A DNA stretch of 64,000 bases from Dehalococcoidia bacterium. GTDB lineage: Bacteria > Chloroflexota > Dehalococcoidia > Plut-88900. Position numbers and translations under genes: made by a program. Below the pieces are notes generated by a model. It did not search any database and was not told the origin of the DNA. It was given only the letters and a program-made list of their open reading frames with translations. Positions within the stretch are counted from its first letter, which is position 1. The number at the start of each line of letters is the position of its first letter. The stretch covers positions 2,432,001-2,496,000 of the forward strand of contig OZ240215.1 in NCBI GenBank assembly GCA_965197585.1, given 5' to 3'. Shown piece after piece: positions 57,754-64,000 of the stretch.

Positions 57754-58827
57754 ATGAACACCACCCCCCTCCACCCAGCCCACCTATCCCTGGACGCCCA
57801 GATGATCGAGTTCGGCGGCTGGGACATGCCCGCCCGCTACGGCTCCCCCATCCAGGAACACCACGCCGTTCGCTCCCTCGCCGGCATGTTCGACGTCTCC
57901 CATATGGGCAGGCTCTTCCTCGATGGATCCGACGCTGAGGCCCTCGCCGACTCCGTTGTTACCGCCGACGTCACCTCCATCTCGACCGGCCACGCCCGCT
58001 ACTGCATGGCCTGCAACCCTGATGGCGGCATCCTCGACGATCTCATTGTCTACCGGCTCCCGGATGAGCGCATCTTCATCGTTTGCAACGCCTCCAACCG
58101 GGACGTTATCGTCCAAACCTTGACCAATAGGCTCTCCGACTTCCCCAATGCCAACATGGTCGACAGTACTCGGGAGACGACCATGATCGCCGTCCAGGGC
58201 CCGAGCGCCGCATCTATCGTACAGTCCCTTCTACCCTTCAACCCCGACAACGCACCAATCTTCTCCATCGCCGTCCCAACTCCTGATACCTTCATCGCTC
58301 GCACCGGCTACACCGGAGAGGATGGAGTTGAAATCATCGTTAACGCCGACGCCGCCATCCCCCTGTGGGACCGGCTCCGGGACGCGGGTGTCGAACCATG
58401 CGGCCTCGTCGCCCGAGATAGCCTCCGTCTCGAAGCTTCCCTCCGGCTCTACGGTAACGACATGAACACCTCCGTAAACCCTTTCGAAGCCGGACTTGGC
58501 CGTTTCGTCGACCTCACAGCCGGTTCCTTCACCGGCAAAGACGCCCTGCTCAAGGTCAAGGAAGCAGGCCCCAAACGCAGGATAGTCGGTTTCACCATGG
58601 ACGCCCGAGGCATACCCCGGCACGGCCAGGCCATCCTCAACGATGGCCAAGCGGTCGGAGAGGTCACCAGCGGGGGTCGTGCCCCGAGCCTGAACAAGGA
58701 CATAGGCATGGGCTTCGTCCCCATAGACCTCGCCCGCAAGGGCACTAACATAGATATCGATATCCGCGGCCGCCACGTCCCCGCCACAGTGACGCCCATG
58801 CCCTTCTACCGTCGCCCGCTCCCTTGA
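57754..58827 (+). CDS. gcvT: glycine cleavage system aminomethyltransferase T
   Basis: 'FGGWDMP', 'FDVSHMG', 'RTGYTGEDG.E', 'ARDSLRLEA', 'GEVTSG', 'PFY'. Confidence 0.95.
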   Translation: MNTTPLHPAHLSLDAQMIEFGGWDMPARYGSPIQEHHAVRSLAGMFDVSHMGRLFLDGSDAEALADSVVTADVTSISTGHARYCMACNPDGGILDDLIVYRLPDERIFIVCNASNRDVIVQTLTNRLSDFPNANMVDSTRETTMIAVQGPSAASIVQSLLPFNPDNAPIFSIAVPTPDTFIARTGYTGEDGVEIIVNADAAIPLWDRLRDAGVEPCGLVARDSLRLEASLRLYGNDMNTSVNPFEAGLGRFVDLTAGSFTGKDALLKVKEAGPKRRIVGFTMDARGIPRHGQAILNDGQAVGEVTSGGRAPSLNKDIGMGFVPIDLARKGTNIDIDIRGRHVPATVTPMPFYRRPLP

Positions 58828-58900
58828 CCAAGCCTTCCTATTCGTTTGTGAGTCCAGGATTCCGTTACAATAGTCCAAAAGTACATAGATAGAGGACACG

Positions 58901-59101
58901 ATGATGAAGGTTACGGAATTGCAACGGGCCATTCTGGACCTGTCCGAGGCTGAATACACAGAGCTGGTTCGCTGGCTGCGAGATCAGGACTGGGAGCGAT
59001 GGGAGCGGGAGTTCGACCAGGACGTGCGAGCTGGCAGGCTGGACTTACTGGCAGGTAACGCTTTGGAGGCTAAAGCCAATGGCTGGCTCGAGGCTCTTTA
59101 G
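58901..59101 (+). CDS. putative type II antitoxin
   Basis: small acidic 'V.EL..AI..LS..E...L..W......W...F..D...G.LD.L'; directly upstream of the toxin. Confidence 0.7.
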   Translation: MMKVTELQRAILDLSEAEYTELVRWLRDQDWERWEREFDQDVRAGRLDLLAGNALEAKANGWLEAL

Positions 59102-59356
59102 GTGCACCGGACGGACCCACGCTTCCGCCAGCTCTTCCAGGAACTGCCTGAATCGGTGCAACGAACGGCTCGCCGGAACTTCGATCTCCTGAAAGCGAAT
59201 CCCAGACACCCTTCGTTGCGGTTCAGAAATGTTGGACGCTACTGGTCGGCCCGCGTGGGAGCCTCCTTCCGCGCAGTGGCAGTCAGAGAAGGCGCAGACT
59301 TCGTTTGGTTCTGGATTGGTGACCATGACGAGTACGCACGCGTGATTAGCCGGTAG
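59102..59356 (+). CDS. ParE/RelE-like toxin
   Basis: 'F...F..LP..VQ..A...F.LL..NP.HPSL.F', 'WSARVG..FRA', 'WFWIG.H.EY'. Confidence 0.8.
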   Translation: MHRTDPRFRQLFQELPESVQRTARRNFDLLKANPRHPSLRFRNVGRYWSARVGASFRAVAVREGADFVWFWIGDHDEYARVISR

Positions 59357-59490
59357 AGATTGGGGATATCGTTGTCCCCATGCCCTTCTACCGCCACCCC
59401 AGGCCCGACGCCTAGCCGGATCTTGATGTTTCCCGCCATTTAGCGCAGAATCTGTTTGAGGGAGGGCCATCAGGCCTTGGCGGAGGAGAT

Positions 59491-59877
59491 ATGAACCCAA
59501 CCGACCGGAAGTACTCTAAAGAGCACGAATGGGTCAAGATCGAGTCCGGTGACGTAGCCCTCGTCGGTATTACCCATTTCGCCCAGGACCAGCTAGGCGA
59601 CATCGTGTTCGTCTACTTCCCCGATGACCTGGAAAACCTCGAGCAGTTTAAGTCCTTCGGAGAGATCGAATCCCCCAAGGCCGTCTCTGAGCTATTCGCT
59701 CCCGTCAGCGGCCAGATCATCGAGGTAAATGCCGAGCTCCAGGAGCGCCCCGAGCTCGTCAACGAGGAGCCTTACGAAGCCGGTTGGATGCTCAAAGTCC
59801 AACTCTCAGACACCTCCGAAATGGACAACCTCATGTCCGCCGACCAGTACGAAGCCCTCACCGCCGAGTCCGAGTAA
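59491..59877 (+). CDS. gcvH: glycine cleavage system H protein
   Basis: 'YSKEHEW', 'GIT.FAQDQLGD', lipoyl-Lys 'IESPKAVS', 'NEEPY..GW'. Confidence 0.95.
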   Translation: MNPTDRKYSKEHEWVKIESGDVALVGITHFAQDQLGDIVFVYFPDDLENLEQFKSFGEIESPKAVSELFAPVSGQIIEVNAELQERPELVNEEPYEAGWMLKVQLSDTSEMDNLMSADQYEALTAESE

Positions 59878-59919
59878 AGCCAGCGCCAAACTCCCCTCAA
59901 CCGACAACGCTGATAAGCC

Positions 59920-61227
59920 ATGACTTCTCCCTACATCTCCAACACTGACGCCGACCGCACGGCCATGTTGGAGTCGGTCGGTGTAGCCTCCGTAGCAGAA
60001 CTGTTCCTCGAAATCCCCGAGTCCCACCGGGACCCCCCTCTCGACCTCCCCGCCCCCCTCTCCGAGCTTGAGCTCATCCGCGAACTCCGCTCCCTGTCCC
60101 TCAAGAACGCTAATCTTGATGACTACGCCTGCTTCCTCGGTGCGGGCTCCTATAACCACTACATCCCCAGCGTGGTCCGCCATGTCACGGGCCGCAGCGA
60201 GTTTTATACCTCCTACACTCCCTACCAGGCCGAGATCAGCCAGGGCACGCTACAGACTGGCTACGACTTCCAGTCCATGGTCTGCCATCTCACCGGCATG
60301 GACGTCGCCAACGCAGGTATGTACGACGGTTCCACCGCCCTCGCCGAGGCCGCTCTCATGGCCTGCCGACTCACCCGCCGCCGAAACGTCGTAGTCCTGG
60401 ATACCGTATCACCCCTCTATCGGGATATCATCGCCCACTACATGGGGCCCCAGGGCATCGGCATGAGCGTCGTCTCACCGGACAACTTGGCTGTCACTGA
60501 CGCGGACGCCTGTGTCCTCACCCAATACCCCGACTTCTACGGCCGTATCCAAGCCCTTACCCCTTACGCAGAAGCCGCCCATGAGGCCAAGGCCCTCCTG
60601 GTCGTCTCTGCCGACCCCGTCGCCCTCGCCATGTTCAAGTCACCCGGCGACTACGGCGCCGACATCGTCGTCGGCGAAGGCCAGACCGTCGGTTCATCTA
60701 CGACCTTCGGCGGACCCTATGTCGGGCTCTTTGCCGCCAAGACCAGGCACCTGCGCCAGATGCCCGGCCGCATCGTCGGCAAGACTACCGACGACCGTGG
60801 CCGTGAGGGTTATGTCCTAACACTCCAGACCCGTGAACAGCACATCCGGCGACAGACCGCCACTTCCAATATCTGCACCAGCGAGGCCCTCGTCGCGCTC
60901 GCATCTACCGCCTATCTCACCGCTGTCGGGCCCAAGGGCCTTGCCCACGTCGCCGAGCTTTGTTACCACAAGGCCCACTACGCCGCCTCCCAAATCGCCG
61001 AGCTTCCCGGCTATTCCCTGCCCTTTGATGGCCCTTTCTTCAGGGAATTCGTAGTCCGGTGCCCCAGGCCCCCATCTGAGATCAACGCCGCCCTCCTCGA
61101 CTCCCAGATCATCGGCGGCCTGGATGTCAGCGACACCGTCCCCAACGGAATGCTCCTCTGCGCCACCGAGATGAACACCCGAGACCAGATAGACCACCTG
61201 GTCCAAACCCTGAAGGCCCAGTCCTAA
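59920..61227 (+). CDS. gcvPA: glycine dehydrogenase subunit 1
   Basis: 'FLGAG.Y.H', 'YTPYQAEISQG', 'REQHIRR..ATSNICT'. Confidence 0.95.
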   Translation: MTSPYISNTDADRTAMLESVGVASVAELFLEIPESHRDPPLDLPAPLSELELIRELRSLSLKNANLDDYACFLGAGSYNHYIPSVVRHVTGRSEFYTSYTPYQAEISQGTLQTGYDFQSMVCHLTGMDVANAGMYDGSTALAEAALMACRLTRRRNVVVLDTVSPLYRDIIAHYMGPQGIGMSVVSPDNLAVTDADACVLTQYPDFYGRIQALTPYAEAAHEAKALLVVSADPVALAMFKSPGDYGADIVVGEGQTVGSSTTFGGPYVGLFAAKTRHLRQMPGRIVGKTTDDRGREGYVLTLQTREQHIRRQTATSNICTSEALVALASTAYLTAVGPKGLAHVAELCYHKAHYAASQIAELPGYSLPFDGPFFREFVVRCPRPPSEINAALLDSQIIGGLDVSDTVPNGMLLCATEMNTRDQIDHLVQTLKAQS

Positions 61228-61229
61228 CC

Positions 61230-62699
61230 ATGACCGAAACCACCGACACCCAATCCAGGCGGCCCACCCTTAAAGACCTCCACGCCCCCGGCGCACGGGG
61301 CACGACCCTCCCCGCCCTCGACGTACCCCCCGCCCCCCTCCCCGAGGAAAACCTCCTTCGCACTGAACTCGATATCCCGGAGCTCAGTGAGCTAGACCTG
61401 GTCCGCTACTTCACCGGCTTGAGCAAGCTGAATTTCGGCATAGACAGCGGTTTCTACCCCCTCGGCAGCTGCACCATGAAGTACAACCCCAAGTGGCACG
61501 AGGAGGTCGCTCGGCTCCCGGGCTTTGCCCAGATTCACCCCCTCCAGCCTGCCGAGTCCGTCCAGGGCGCCCTTGGCATCATGTACGGCCTCCAAAACCT
61601 CCTCGCCGAGATTACCGGAGCCAAGGCCGTCAGCCTCGCTCCTCTTGCTGGCGCACACGGCGAGATGGCAGGACTCCTGATGATCCGCGCATACCACGAG
61701 TCCCGCGGCGAAGGTGAAACCCGTAGGCAGGTCCTAATCCCCGACACCGCTCACGGCACCAACGCCGCATCCGTCAAGATGTGCGGCTACGACCTCGTTA
61801 CCGCTCCCTCCGACGCCCAAGGCAACCTCGACGTCGAGGCCCTTAAAGAGCTCGCCACCTCAGAGACCGCCGCCCTTATGCTCACCCTCCCCAGCACCCT
61901 GGGACTCTTCAATCCACGTATCCTCGAAATCTGCGACGCCCTCCACAATGCCGGTGCCATGGTCTACGGCGACGGCGCTAACCTCAACGCCATTCTCGGA
62001 CGGGTCCGCTTCGGTGACCTGGGTTTCGACGTCGTCCACTCCAACCTGCACAAGACTTTCAGCACCCCTCACGGCGGCGGAGGCCCGGGCGCCGGGCCCG
62101 TATGCGCCGCCGAGTCCCTCGCCGACTTCCTGCCCGCACCCGTCGTGCACAAGTCCCCGCCCGGCTCCCCCGGCCCCGAGTACCAGCTTGGACGGCCTGC
62201 CAAGTCCATCGGCAAGATAAGCGCCTTCCACTGTAACTTCGGTGTCGTCCTCAGGGCCTACGCCTACATACGGCTGCTCGGCGCTCCGGGAATGCGGGAG
62301 ATAAGCGAAAACGCCGTCCTGAACGCCAATTATCTCCTCTCAAGGCTGGAAGAAGACTACCTGCTCCCCAACAAGCGCACCTGCATGCACGAGGTCGTGT
62401 TCTCGGCTTCCAAGCAAAAGGCCCTGGGCGTCCGGGCCTTGGACATTTCCAAGCGCCTCATGGACTACGGCTTCCACCCGCCGACCATGTACTTCCCCCA
62501 GGTAGTCCCCGAGGCCCTCATGATCGAACCCACCGAGTGCGAGAGTAAACGCACCCTCGACACCTTCATCGACGCCATGAAGGCCATTGCCCGTGAAGCC
62601 GAGACCGACCCGAATATCGTCACAACCGCCCCCCACACCACCCCCTCCTCCCGCCTCGACGAGGCCCAGGCCGCCCGCCACCCAGACTTGCACTGGTAG
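61230..62699 (+). CDS. gcvPB: glycine dehydrogenase subunit 2
   Basis: 'PLGSCTMKYNP', 'AHGTN', 'NLHKTF..PHGGGGPG', 'GFHPPT'. Confidence 0.95.
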   Translation: MTETTDTQSRRPTLKDLHAPGARGTTLPALDVPPAPLPEENLLRTELDIPELSELDLVRYFTGLSKLNFGIDSGFYPLGSCTMKYNPKWHEEVARLPGFAQIHPLQPAESVQGALGIMYGLQNLLAEITGAKAVSLAPLAGAHGEMAGLLMIRAYHESRGEGETRRQVLIPDTAHGTNAASVKMCGYDLVTAPSDAQGNLDVEALKELATSETAALMLTLPSTLGLFNPRILEICDALHNAGAMVYGDGANLNAILGRVRFGDLGFDVVHSNLHKTFSTPHGGGGPGAGPVCAAESLADFLPAPVVHKSPPGSPGPEYQLGRPAKSIGKISAFHCNFGVVLRAYAYIRLLGAPGMREISENAVLNANYLLSRLEEDYLLPNKRTCMHEVVFSASKQKALGVRALDISKRLMDYGFHPPTMYFPQVVPEALMIEPTECESKRTLDTFIDAMKAIAREAETDPNIVTTAPHTTPSSRLDEAQAARHPDLHW

Positions 62700-62711
62700 A
62701 CCCGCCTTCCC

Positions 62712-63878
62712 CTACACCTCCACCCCCGCGAACCTCCCCATCCCCAGCGCTCTGATATCCACCATCTTCGCCTCACCCTCCGTTATCAGCTCGGCCATAA
62801 CGATCCCGACGGCTGGTGACAACTTGAACCCGTACCCGCTGAAACCGCCCGCGAAATACAGCCCATCCAGGCCTTCTGCCTTGCCCAGGATCGGGAGATT
62901 GTCCGGAGTGTTCGTGTATAAACCCGAGAAACTGGTGAACAGTTCAGCGTCCTCCAGCGACGGCATAAGCTCGCCCAAACGCCCCCATATCGTACGGGTC
63001 TGCTCCATGGTCGTGCCCTGGTCGTAAGTGTCGGGGTCGTTTACGTGCTCGTCCTTCTGTATGTCCCCTGCCAGCATCAGGTCGGGGCTCTCCTCCCGCA
63101 TGTATGTCATTTCTATCAGGTCGAAGACCACGGGGTGCGTGGTCGGGGTCCCGGGGCCCTTCTTCAGGAAGAACACCTCGTGCCTGGTGGGTTGCAGGGG
63201 CAGGTTGTAGCCAAGTTTCTTCATCAATTGCCCGTTCCAGGGGCCTCCTGCTACCACTACCGTATCCGTAGCTATTCGACCCTGCTCGCTGACCACCCCC
63301 GTCACCCGACCCCCCTCTACCTCGATATCCAAAGCAGCGTTGCCCAGCGATATCTCAGCCCCCAGCCTCCCCGCCGCCGAAGCGAAGCCCTGCGCGACGC
63401 CCGGCGGGTCTGCAAATCCTGATCGTGGCTCGATGCCCAGGAAGTCAAAGTCCCCCGGTTCAAGGTATGGCGCTATCTCCTTCAGGTCTTCTCGGCTTAA
63501 TTCTTTGTTCTCGAAACCCAATTCCCTCACCTTGGCGAAGCCTGCCCTTAACGCCGGTGAGAAGTCCTCCCCCGACAGGAATATCACTCCAACTTCCCTG
63601 AACCCCGACTCGGCTCCCACAAGCTCCTTGAAATTCTTCAGCCACTTCTGACCTTCCTTGGCCATAAGCGAAATTGGCATTCCGAATTCGCTGCCGTGCG
63701 TGAACAGCAAAAGACTGAACCCCGTGGTGATACCCGACGACTTCCCCGTCGACCCAGCCCCCAGCCCCTCCTTCTCCAGCAGCACGGTCTCCTTGACACC
63801 CCGCGACGCCAGGTTAAAGCAAATACTCGTCCCCGCCAGCCCACCCCCGATGATCACGGCTTCTGCGCTACTCTTCAT
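62712..63878 (-). CDS. FAD-dependent oxidoreductase (sarcosine oxidase beta / DAO family)
   Basis: 'IIGGGLAG', 'GSTGKSSG', 'TPD..PILG', 'GFSGYGFK.SP'. Confidence 0.9.
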   Translation of the reverse strand: MKSSAEAVIIGGGLAGTSICFNLASRGVKETVLLEKEGLGAGSTGKSSGITTGFSLLLFTHGSEFGMPISLMAKEGQKWLKNFKELVGAESGFREVGVIFLSGEDFSPALRAGFAKVRELGFENKELSREDLKEIAPYLEPGDFDFLGIEPRSGFADPPGVAQGFASAAGRLGAEISLGNAALDIEVEGGRVTGVVSEQGRIATDTVVVAGGPWNGQLMKKLGYNLPLQPTRHEVFFLKKGPGTPTTHPVVFDLIEMTYMREESPDLMLAGDIQKDEHVNDPDTYDQGTTMEQTRTIWGRLGELMPSLEDAELFTSFSGLYTNTPDNLPILGKAEGLDGLYFAGGFSGYGFKLSPAVGIVMAELITEGEAKMVDIRALGMGRFAGVEV

Positions 63879-64000
63879 AGGTCACCCCCTGGTACTGTTA
63901 CATCTACATTCTTTATCGCGTCACACGACGCCTCTTTTTGCGCCATCGCAACACTCCTTATGCGCCATCCCACGTCTCTTTTTATGTCATCCCGAGGCTC

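Overview
GC-rich bacterial chromosome segment, most consistent with a Chloroflexota (Dehalococcoidia/SAR202-like) heterotroph. This is inferred from paralog expansions (7 amidohydrolase-2 genes, 4 luciferase-like monooxygenases, paired CoA transferases) and a Pro/Thr/Ala-linker lipoprotein. The window carries about 56 CDS: peptide ABC genes, many catabolic enzymes in tandem pairs (DddP-like M24 x2, Ser/Thr dehydratase x2, class III CoA transferase x2, acetamidase x2), padR-arsM, a stand-alone protoglobin and gcvT-H-PA-PB. It also has tRNA-Arg(CCT), two toxin-antitoxin modules, a frameshifted IS481 and many nested REP-like repeats. The most striking unexplained feature is a ~700-nt, highly structured, apparently non-coding element in two diverged copies (34365-35056 +, 50181-50939 -). 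Each copy has its own sigma70 promoter overlapped by a LexA-like box, a conserved 5' domain, a long closing helix and a possible conserved pseudoknot. Other notable signals are 21-22-nt hairpin micro-insertions inside other REPs, a repeat with a sequence-variable but perfectly paired 18-bp hairpin, a TA cassette bounded by a duplicated gcvT 3' end, and two apparent non-canonical start codons. All calls were made by eye; no searches or folding programs were run.
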